45,428 bases of DNA from a virus (IMGVR_UViG_3300035676_000015:1-45428); one strand, 5' to 3'; shown: positions 9,517 to 16,742, counted from the first letter of the stretch. Program-made: numbers and translations. The notes: generated by a model not told the origin, from the letters alone.

Positions 9517-11096
9517 TACACAAACTCCTTTAAATGATAGCTAAGTTCTGGGAACATACGTTTTCTGTTAGATAACCAATTCATAAATGCTTCGTAATGA
9601 GTTTGCTTTTTAAGTGACTCATTAGATTGAGCAGGACTACAATAGTCTACCAATGCTTGAACAAATTGTAAGCGAGATGCAAACTCTTTGTAATTCATTG
9701 GTGTTGCAAACAATCTTATCTCAACAGTATTACTATTGTTAAGATTGAGAGCATTGTATCTGTCACCACCATTACGGTTTTTCCAAGGGAATGTAACAGT
9801 TCTACCACTATCCATTCTAGCATAACTATTATCTATTCGTCCAGCAATATGTGCAATAAATTGTTTATTATCTAAACGATTAAGAAACTCAGTCATCTTG
9901 CCAAGAGTCAAGTGGCTCAAGGGTTTACGACTTACATGCACATGCATACCTACATTCTTTTCTACTTTAAGGTCAGGTGGAATGTTGTCATAAAATTTCT
10001 TGAATATATTAAGATGAATATCTAATGTAGCTGGACATGTAACAATCTCAAATCCGTTACGGATAGAACCATCTGATTTCATAAGTGCATGACCATGCAT
10101 AAGTTTACCAACATTAAGTTGTGCACGATTACGATTGGTTGTTTCGTATTCTAATTCACAACCAAGATATACAGTGTTAGGTCTAACCTTTGTTGCTTTG
10201 AATTTAAGCATACTTTCTACACGAGTAGAATAGTTATGAATCTTGAATGATGCATCAAGACAGTGATGACATACACCATCAATACAAAGTTCAGATACAG
10301 ATTCATTACCACATGTTCTACATTCTACAATGTCAACTTCGTCACGATTGTATACATTACCATCATGATAAAATTGTATGGATGTTAACCATATGTCATT
10401 GCGTTCATTGAATGTATAACCATACTCAACTGGATTAGTTGATTTATGTATTTGTGTCCAACCTATAGTTCCTAACCTTACACGCTTTTGAGAACCATCA
10501 ACATAATACTCATTTGTCAATGCATCTTTGTAATAAGACCAACTTGGTATGTCATGTATAGTAAATAGAGTTTCAATAGTTATAGGTAAGTCATCATCAG
10601 GTGGAACAATATTTTCTATTGCTTGTGATGCAATATCTATAGACTTGTCAAGCAGATGTTGCGTAATCCAAGAAGGTCGTAATGCATGAGAACGAAGTCG
10701 TCTACGCAATGCACCCCAAAAACCTTTCTTGATGCTACCATTTTTATTTTCAAGTTGTAAGCCATTAGCTTTGTAATATAAAGCATCAATGACTGTAGAT
10801 GCAGTAACTCTATAGCTTTGACTAGTTATTAGTCCTGTTTCTTTACATGCATCACGATATAGATTATATACACCTAATGCTTTATGTCTATTACTTGGAT
10901 CATTAGTATAGAATTGTAATACACGAACATCTTTATACCAAAGAGTTGACAAGGTATATATACGACGCACAGTTTCTCGCGTCTCATAATCCCAGTCACT
11001 TTCTTCTTTAGTCCAGAAAGTCTGTCTAATATCTGGATGTTGCCATCTAAATATATTAAAGACTTTATTGAACTCGTTATAACTAAACGGTTTCAT
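9516..11096 (-). CDS. amidoligase (COOH-NH2 ligase, glutamine synthetase fold) with long N-terminal extension and Cys cluster
   Basis: GCELEYE, KSDGSI..GFEIVTCP, GMHVHVS, RYNALNL, TVEIRLF; CRTC...C...CHHC before the ligase domain. Confidence 0.85.
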   Translation of the reverse strand: MKPFSYNEFNKVFNIFRWQHPDIRQTFWTKEESDWDYETRETVRRIYTLSTLWYKDVRVLQFYTNDPSNRHKALGVYNLYRDACKETGLITSQSYRVTASTVIDALYYKANGLQLENKNGSIKKGFWGALRRRLRSHALRPSWITQHLLDKSIDIASQAIENIVPPDDDLPITIETLFTIHDIPSWSYYKDALTNEYYVDGSQKRVRLGTIGWTQIHKSTNPVEYGYTFNERNDIWLTSIQFYHDGNVYNRDEVDIVECRTCGNESVSELCIDGVCHHCLDASFKIHNYSTRVESMLKFKATKVRPNTVYLGCELEYETTNRNRAQLNVGKLMHGHALMKSDGSIRNGFEIVTCPATLDIHLNIFKKFYDNIPPDLKVEKNVGMHVHVSRKPLSHLTLGKMTEFLNRLDNKQFIAHIAGRIDNSYARMDSGRTVTFPWKNRNGGDRYNALNLNNSNTVEIRLFATPMNYKEFASRLQFVQALVDYCSPAQSNESLKKQTHYEAFMNWLSNRKRMFPELSYHLKEFV

Positions 11097-11125
11097 AATT
11101 GACTCCTTAAGTTGATTACTGAAGA

Positions 11126-11168
11126 CCTACGATTGTCAGAGTTGCTGGTAGCAACGATGCAATCTAGG
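11126..11168 (-). other. imperfect rod-like hairpin in the amidoligase leader (RNase III-type site candidate)
   Basis: CCUA/UAGG, GAUUG/CAAUC and GUUGCU-ACC-AGCAAC pairings. Confidence 0.5.
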
Positions 11169-11175
11169 GATGAAA

Positions 11176-11364
11176 TTAACACATTAAATACTTTGGATTA
11201 AATACATTATAAATTAAAAAGCTTACACAAATAACTAAAGTTAAAAGCACAAGGCCCATAACTAATTTGTCGTATAAATTTAATTTACATTTGTATTTAG
11301 GAATACAATTTAAATCATCATCACAATTACACATTAAGTTTCTCCTTAATTTGAAGTTGAACAT
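11176..11364 (-). CDS. small membrane protein (start probably at MCNC)
   Basis: Hydrophobic LVMGLVLLTLVICVSFLIY segment; AAGGAG upstream of the later Met. Confidence 0.6.
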   Translation of the reverse strand: MFNFKLRRNLMCNCDDDLNCIPKYKCKLNLYDKLVMGLVLLTLVICVSFLIYNVFNPKYLMC

Positions 11365-11515
11365 CTGAATCTAATTTACTTAATACAAAAGCACAACCAT
11401 ATTTACGAATACAATCTTGAAACTCAGCAATAACATGATAGAAGAAAGCTTCTTCTTGGTCAATGCGAGCATCTAACTCGTCATGCGAGTCGTAATCAAA
11501 TTCCATTTGTGTCAT
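11327..11515 (-). CDS. small acidic hypothetical protein
   Basis: AAGGAG SD. Confidence 0.65.
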   Translation of the reverse strand: MTQMEFDYDSHDELDARIDQEEAFFYHVIAEFQDCIRKYGCAFVLSKLDSDVQLQIKEKLNV

Positions 11516-11696
11516 AGTAATCTCCTTGAACTTTATTGTCTAACATAATGATTGCATTAACTAATTCTGTTTTAGATTTTAGTTTGCTATTAGCATGAGG
11601 CCATACTTTATAAGCTTTCCAAAATGATACTGCATACAATTCTTGCAGAGTTTGAGTGTTATAAATATTTAAGTCGTGAGACATTTGGTTCTCCAA
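11496..11696 (-). CDS. hypothetical protein (start probably MSHDLN)
   Basis: GGAG SD before the ATG. Confidence 0.6.
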   Translation of the reverse strand: MENQMSHDLNIYNTQTLQELYAVSFWKAYKVWPHANSKLKSKTELVNAIIMLDNKVQGDYYDTNGI

Positions 11697-11916
11697 AAGT
11701 TAAGATTGAAATTAAATAAACGAACACGCTACTTGATGATAGTAGTATGAACGGGTTCCTATTGAGAACTACTGATACCTACGAAGAGCCAGGCTTTTTA
11801 TAATAATGCAATCACTACATGTGATTGCGACTTTATGTTTTTGCTTTTAATAATAAAAGTATGAGCGAAGCGAATACTTTATTAATCCGAGCGAAGCGAG
11901 GCGTTTTTTTTAGACG

Positions 11917-11944
11917 AAAAAAAGCCCTAATTTATTTAGGGCTT
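11917..11944 (-). terminator. rho-independent terminator after the 165-aa early gene
   Basis: AAGCCCTAA-N5-TTAGGGCTT running into a U tract on the minus strand. Confidence 0.8.
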
Positions 11945-11959
11945 ATTCTCTATAAACTA

Positions 11960-12457
11960 TTAAGCTAGTTTATATTTAGCAAGAACTGAAGCAACTTCTG
12001 AAGCTGTCGCTGTTTCTGTTGCTGTTTTGCTTGGTGGTGTGTATGGTCGCCATTGGTCGCCTGTTGCTTGTTCGTATTTTTCTTTGACTGCGTGAAAAAC
12101 TTGCTCAAGTGCGTCAAGATTATGTTCTATAATTGCTAGTCTTTCCAAAAGGCTTTCGGCTTTAACATTCCAGAATTCTGTGCCGTTGTTGGTTTTGTTG
12201 TGTTGGTTCAAATCGTCTGCCGTTTTACTTGCTAACTTGTTTTGGTTTTTAACTGCATAATCCAAACCATTTGCAAGAGCATTGAAACACAATGCTTGGC
12301 TTGTGTATTGAAATTGACCATTTTCTTTTGACCATTGGCTAAGATTGTCTGCTGGTAGGCTTTCAAAAAGTAAGCCAATACCTTCTGACATCTTTTCAAT
12401 GTCCATATATGTGAAAGTGTGTGCAACTGCTGAAATTAACTCTGATTGATTGCTCAT
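11960..12457 (-). CDS. early hypothetical protein (helical), apparently monocistronic
   Basis: AAGGA SD; own upstream extended -10 and downstream terminator. Confidence 0.75.
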   Translation of the reverse strand: MSNQSELISAVAHTFTYMDIEKMSEGIGLLFESLPADNLSQWSKENGQFQYTSQALCFNALANGLDYAVKNQNKLASKTADDLNQHNKTNNGTEFWNVKAESLLERLAIIEHNLDALEQVFHAVKEKYEQATGDQWRPYTPPSKTATETATASEVASVLAKYKLA

Positions 12458-12521
12458 AATATATTTTCCTTAACTAGTGATTAAAAAATAAGCATTTCGG
12501 TTTCCCTTGTGCTTGTGAAGT

Positions 12522-12601
12522 ATTATATCAAACTATTAAAAACTACAAAGAACTTTTACAAACTATTACATTTTGTTACAATTTGTTACAATTAGATTAC
12601 A
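12522..12601 (-). promoter_or_regulatory. extended -10 promoter with upstream 10-bp-phased TTACA direct repeats
   Basis: TGA-TATAAT (-10 at 12527-12522); TTACA at 12556, 12566, 12576, 12586 and 12597. Confidence 0.6.
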
Positions 12602-12659
12602 CATTTTATTAAAGACAAACATTCAAATCAAGGTTGTCAGTCTTGTGATAGTAGTTAAT

Positions 12660-12830
12660 CTATCGTTGTTTAGCATTACTAACAGATACAACTATTGGTT
12701 GATGACTGACGATTTGAATAGGTTTTATTAAAGCTTTTAGTGCTTTTCTCTTTTTGTATTGATTGAATACATAAGAACCATAAACAATTAATACAATTGA
12801 TTGCAAGATGATATAAGTTAGATTAGACAT
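12660..12830 (-). CDS. 56-aa single-pass membrane protein (not in ORF track)
   Basis: AAGGA SD; MSNLTYIILQSIVLIVYGSYVFNQYKKRK..., a hydrophobic stretch followed by a basic patch. Confidence 0.5.
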   Translation of the reverse strand: MSNLTYIILQSIVLIVYGSYVFNQYKKRKALKALIKPIQIVSHQPIVVSVSNAKQR

Positions 12831-12912
12831 ACATTCTTTTCCTTTCTTTTATTTTACAATGACTGTATTGATGAAGTTGTAGTATTGCTTTGAAGATATA
12901 ATAATTATTCAT
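12823..12912 (-). CDS. 29-aa ORF (not in ORF track)
   Basis: GGAAAGGA SD; MNNYYIFKAILQLHQYSHCKIKERKRMYV; overlaps the start of the next ORF. Confidence 0.35.
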   Translation of the reverse strand: MNNYYIFKAILQLHQYSHCKIKERKRMYV

Positions 12913-12980
12913 ATTGTTCCTTTCCAAAAATTAATTACACAGAATTAATAATCATATTGATTAGTTATTATCATTGTTTT

Positions 12981-13045
12981 GCGTTCGGGATTGAAGCCCG
13001 AAGGGCCGAGACCTTGGGCTCGGTTTACGAAAGCCCGTAAAACGC
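12981..13045 (+). other. GC-rich multi-stem structured element
   Basis: GCGTT/AACGC and CGGG/CCCG enclose GCCC-GAA-GGGC and CGAG/CTCG hairpins. Confidence 0.6.
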
Positions 13046-13139
13046 CAAGAATTACTTGGTGAAGCATTACCATTAAGGATAAAAGATAATGCGTTTAAGA
13101 TAGGTTTATGGAAGGAATAGAGGTATGATTAGGATGGTG

Positions 13140-13152
13140 TAAGTTATTGATT
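13140..13152 (-). promoter_or_regulatory. IHF-binding site
   Basis: AATCAATAACTTA matches WATCAANNNNTTR. Confidence 0.5.
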
Positions 13153-13515
13153 GATATGTGAGGAAGGATACACACTATAATTCTAGCAGGAAGGGATAGA
13201 TTATAGATGTATGTTATGTGTATAATGATTAATTAAGTAGTTAATGTTACATTGTTTGTCTTGGACTTAGGTAGACCAGGGGTATAGGGGGTGATGGGCT
13301 ATGCCTGTATACCCAGGGGGGAGCAAAGTTAAAGTATAGTATCTAGTATGTAGGCACTTTTCTAGATTTATTATAAAATTTACAATTAAGCCTACTCGGG
13401 ATTATAGTTACGGACACTCCTAACGGAGGCTTTCATTGATTACGGTCCTCGTCTTAACTAAGTTCGGATTCTTAGACTTCGGACTTACGTCCTCAGTCGA
13501 TTAAGGGTACCTCTC

Positions 13516-13614
13516 TATAATTAATAATTAATAATTAATTAATATTATTAAATTAATATTATTAAATTATAAATAAATAAATAATAAATAATAATTATTA
13601 ATTAATAATTAATA
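13516..13614. other. 99-bp tract of only A and T (DNA-unwinding element candidate)
   Basis: No G or C between 13515 and 13615. Confidence 0.7.
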
Positions 13615-13615
13615 G

Positions 13616-13644
13616 ATTTTAACACAAGTATGTATTCCTGTCAA
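13616..13644 (-). promoter_or_regulatory. leftward sigma70 promoter
   Basis: TTGACA-17-TAAAAT with extended -10 TG. Confidence 0.75.
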
Positions 13645-13683
13645 GAGAAATATGAAATATTTAACAATAAGACCTGATAAGGC

Positions 13684-13712
13684 TTGACATTTAGTAAAAG
13701 TTATGGTATACT
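13684..13712 (+). promoter_or_regulatory. rightward sigma70 promoter of the packaging/structural arm
   Basis: TTGACA-17-TATACT with extended -10 TG. Confidence 0.85.
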
Positions 13713-13738
13713 ATTACCAAGTGAGTGAGAATTTAACT

Positions 13739-14344
13739 ATGATCAGAGACGAATTACCTGAAGATACTAATCCAGACAAGCTTTCTGGTTACAAACTAGA
13801 TGACAAAGAGATCATCTTAAGTAAAAAGCGTGGTCCTGGATTTAAGTTTAACAATCCTAGCTACTTTAACCTTGAACAAAAGACAGATGCTTGTGCTCTG
13901 TACTGTGTTTATGGTGATGTAGATCAAGTTTCTGAGATGACAGGCATAGATCCTAAGTTCTTACGTCAATGGAAAGATGAACCTTGGTGGTCTGAAATTC
14001 AAAAGAAGGTGTTTGTAGAGCAAAATGAAAAACTGGCGTCTCGAATTAGCGGTGTTCTTGATCGTAGTCTCGACCATTTGGTGGATAGACTCGATAACGG
14101 AGACTATCTTTGGGATGTTAGGAAGTCAAAGCTTGTCCGCAAGCCTGTAGATACCAAAGTACTCTCAAACTTATTTAATAATTTGGTTACACGTAGACAG
14201 TTAATACGTGGTGAACCTACAAGTATTACAACTCAAGTAGCTGTTGATGATAGGCTTAAGCTTTTAGCACAACAGTTTGAGAAATTTGCTAATGCAAAAG
14301 AGGTTGAATCTGTAGCAGAGGTAAAAGATGTCAAAGAAGGATGA
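13739..14344 (+). CDS. terS: putative terminase small subunit
   Basis: First gene of the late arm; HTH-like segment (VSEMTGIDPKFLRQWK) then helices; the ATG at 13703 lies inside the promoter, so 13739 is preferred. Confidence 0.6.
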   Translation: MIRDELPEDTNPDKLSGYKLDDKEIILSKKRGPGFKFNNPSYFNLEQKTDACALYCVYGDVDQVSEMTGIDPKFLRQWKDEPWWSEIQKKVFVEQNEKLASRISGVLDRSLDHLVDRLDNGDYLWDVRKSKLVRKPVDTKVLSNLFNNLVTRRQLIRGEPTSITTQVAVDDRLKLLAQQFEKFANAKEVESVAEVKDVKEG

Positions 14345-14846
14345 TCTTACAGAATTTTTGGAGTGGTTCTTAAAGACTAATCCTATTTGTCCTCCTAAAG
14401 ATAACCCAATACTACATCAAGCTGATACTACTGGGCTTGTTTTGTACAGAAAAGATAATTTTCAAGTAGAGTTGTTTATTTGTAAGCCTTTTGCTACAAT
14501 AGTACAACATATTCATCCTAATGTGGACTCATATGAAGTCCAAATAGCTGGTGATATTAAGTTTTACTGTGATGGGATTCTGTATGATACAGGTGGTCCT
14601 GTTAGAGTTAGACCTGACTCATGGCATGGTGGGTCATTTGGTCCTAGAGGTGGTAGTTTCATGTCAGTTCAGAAATGGCTTAACGGTGTAGAGCCTAAGT
14701 TTGTAGGTGATGACTGGGAAGATCATATTGGAAGTCCGAATTATCATAAAAGTACTTTAACTCAAGGAGCTTTAAATGGCAACACCAATGAAAAAAGCTG
14801 CACCAATGAAAAAACCAATGAAGAAAATGCCAATGAAAAAGGGTAA
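14328..14846 (+). CDS. cupin-fold hypothetical protein
   Basis: HIHPNVDSYE and VRPDSWHG cupin-like motifs. Confidence 0.55.
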   Translation: MSKKDDLTEFLEWFLKTNPICPPKDNPILHQADTTGLVLYRKDNFQVELFICKPFATIVQHIHPNVDSYEVQIAGDIKFYCDGILYDTGGPVRVRPDSWHGGSFGPRGGSFMSVQKWLNGVEPKFVGDDWEDHIGSPNYHKSTLTQGALNGNTNEKSCTNEKTNEENANEKG

Positions 14847-14853
14847 ATGCTAA
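14776..14853 (+). CDS. 25-aa basic repeat peptide (PMKK x4; not in ORF track)
   Basis: AAGGAG SD; MATPMKKAAPMKKPMKKMPMKKGKC. Confidence 0.65.
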   Translation: MATPMKKAAPMKKPMKKMPMKKGKC

Positions 14854-14855
14854 TC

Positions 14856-15029
14856 ATGGCTTCCAAAGTTAACGCTGCTAAGAACTATACTAAACCTACT
14901 TTACGTAAGAAGATAGTTTCTCAAGTTAAAGCAGCAGCAACTCATGGTACTAAAGCAGGACAATGGAGTGCTCGTAAAGCACAACTTGTAGCTAAGAAAT
15001 ATAAAGCTGCTGGTGGTGGATATAAATGA
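14856..15029 (+). CDS. small basic protein
   Basis: Lys/Ala-rich; GQWSARKAQL...YKAAGGGYK. Confidence 0.75.
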   Translation: MASKVNAAKNYTKPTLRKKIVSQVKAAATHGTKAGQWSARKAQLVAKKYKAAGGGYK

Positions 15030-15277
15030 GTTCTCTAGCTAAACCTCAACGCTCTCTTAAAGCTTGGGGTGATCAAAAGTGGAGAACTAAATCAGGTAAG
15101 AAGTCTAGTGTTACTGGTGAAAGATACTTACCTGAAAAAGCTATTAAAGCTTTATCTCCACAAGAATATGCAGCAACAACAAAAGCTAAACGCGAAGGTA
15201 AAGCTAAAGGCAAACAGTTTGTAGCTCAACCTAAAAGCATTAAAGCTAAAACTAAAATGTATAGAAAGGTTTCTTAA
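15026..15277 (+). CDS. small basic protein (DUF5872-like)
   Basis: QRSLKAW...GERYLP...GKQFV pattern. Confidence 0.7.
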   Translation: MSSLAKPQRSLKAWGDQKWRTKSGKKSSVTGERYLPEKAIKALSPQEYAATTKAKREGKAKGKQFVAQPKSIKAKTKMYRKVS

Positions 15278-15278
15278 G

Positions 15279-15461
15279 ATGGCAACTAAATCAAAGAACT
15301 GGATTGCAGATGCAATTAAAAAACCCGGAGCTCTTAAAAAGTCTATGGGTGTTAAAAAAGGTGAGAAGATTCCTGCAGGTAAATTGGCAGCTGCTGCTAA
15401 GAAACCTGGTAAAATGGGTCAACGTGCTCGTTTAGCTCAAACATTAAAAGGATTTAAATAA
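15279..15461 (+). CDS. small basic protein
   Basis: NWIADAIKKPGAL...RARLAQTL. Confidence 0.75.
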   Translation: MATKSKNWIADAIKKPGALKKSMGVKKGEKIPAGKLAAAAKKPGKMGQRARLAQTLKGFK

Positions 15462-15462
15462 T

Positions 15463-15729
15463 ATGGCAACTGCTAAGAAAAAAGGCGTAAGTCTTGCTGT
15501 AGGTCGCGGTGAAAAGTTACCTGTCTCTAAAGGAGCAGGCTTAACAGCTAAAGGCCGTGCTAAGTATAATGCAGCTACTGGTTCTAATTTAAAAGCACCT
15601 CAACCTGGTGGTGGTCCTCGTAAGAGATCATTCTGTGCTCGTATGTCTGGTATGCCAGGTCCTATGAAAGATGAAAAAGGTCGTCCTACTAGAAAGGCTG
15701 CTTCACTTAAACGTTGGAAATGTAACTAG
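15463..15729 (+). CDS. small basic protein (DUF6321-like)
   Basis: GLTAKGRAKYN...RKRSFCARM...LKRWKC. Confidence 0.7.
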   Translation: MATAKKKGVSLAVGRGEKLPVSKGAGLTAKGRAKYNAATGSNLKAPQPGGGPRKRSFCARMSGMPGPMKDEKGRPTRKAASLKRWKCN

Positions 15730-16742
15730 TGGATTGGGCTCATCCGCTTGACAGTTTGATTAGTATGGTAAGTGGTAGGACTAATACTCCAACACCACCT
15801 CCATCTACAACTCCTCCAATGGGAGTAGTTCAAGCAGGCGGTATGCCTCATCCAATGAGGTTTGATAAAAATAAAAATCCATTAGCAGACGAACCGTTAC
15901 CTAATGAGAAGTCAGTAGATGTTTATCCTACTGCAAACTATTTAATGCCTACAAAGGAAAATCAAGGAAAGCCGCAAGCTCCTTTAAGACTTCCTGTAGA
16001 CTATGTTAATTCTTTAGCTAAAGCACATGCTAAAAGTAAAAGTATAAATTTACTTGATGATTCAACTCATGAGCAAATGTTACCTTTAGCAATTAGAGAA
16101 GCTAGGTTTGATGACTATGGAAACAATGGAGTATATGTTGATTATAAGACTCCACCTCCAAAACATCTGAATAGTATAATTGAAAAGTCAAACGATCTAG
16201 CTCTTAAGTACAAAGAAATGTTAATGAAGTCTGACCAAGCTTTTAAAGCAGGTAAAAAAAACTTAGGTGCAGCTTATGAAGAACAAGCAGGTAAGTTACA
16301 AGAATCTATACAAGCAGAAGATGCAAAGCTATTAGCTGATCCTGCTTGGACTTCTAGATCTTCTTCTTATAAAGATATTACAGATAAAGCACTTAAACTA
16401 GGTTTAAAACAATCTACTAATCAAGAAGTGATTAGAGATAAAGTAACTGGTAAGCTTATAGGTAAAGCTGATGTTTATAGAACAGGCCCTCAAGATTCAT
16501 ATGATGTAAGAGCTTTACATGTTCCTTTAGCCCTTTATGTTAAGTCTAAAGAACAACCAAACCTTAAAGGTTTAGATCTTGCTAAATACTACATAGGTGC
16601 TGGTAAAGATGCTAATGTAAGAATAGCACAGCAAAAAGAAATACATCAGAATTTAAAACATATGAAAAACAAAGATTTTTATAATGCATATAATAATCTA
16701 ACCAATGAACATTATACAAAACTTACAAAAGGTAAAAGATAA
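15729..16742 (+). CDS. hypothetical protein
   Basis: 337-aa ORF coupled to both neighbours; GTG start. Confidence 0.7.
   Translation: MDWAHPLDSLISMVSGRTNTPTPPPSTTPPMGVVQAGGMPHPMRFDKNKNPLADEPLPNEKSVDVYPTANYLMPTKENQGKPQAPLRLPVDYVNSLAKAHAKSKSINLLDDSTHEQMLPLAIREARFDDYGNNGVYVDYKTPPPKHLNSIIEKSNDLALKYKEMLMKSDQAFKAGKKNLGAAYEEQAGKLQESIQAEDAKLLADPAWTSRSSSYKDITDKALKLGLKQSTNQEVIRDKVTGKLIGKADVYRTGPQDSYDVRALHVPLALYVKSKEQPNLKGLDLAKYYIGAGKDANVRIAQQKEIHQNLKHMKNKDFYNAYNNLTNEHYTKLTKGKR

Noticed and set aside
12540-12601. CRISPR array or mini-array
   Set aside because: The repeats are 5-10 bp with no spacer-length unique sequence, and no cas genes are present.
13470-13498. Hammerhead ribozyme on the minus strand (CUGAGGA...GAA)
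   Set aside because: Stem II cannot close in the hammerhead register and GAAA is missing. A simple tandem-GA hairpin fits better.
11700-13700. tRNA genes in the intergenic regions
   Set aside because: I found no cloverleaf with a T-loop and acceptor stem by eye; tRNAscan-SE or ARAGORN would confirm.
13703-13738. Longer terS start given in the ORF track
   Set aside because: That ATG lies within the promoter, upstream of the predicted transcription start.
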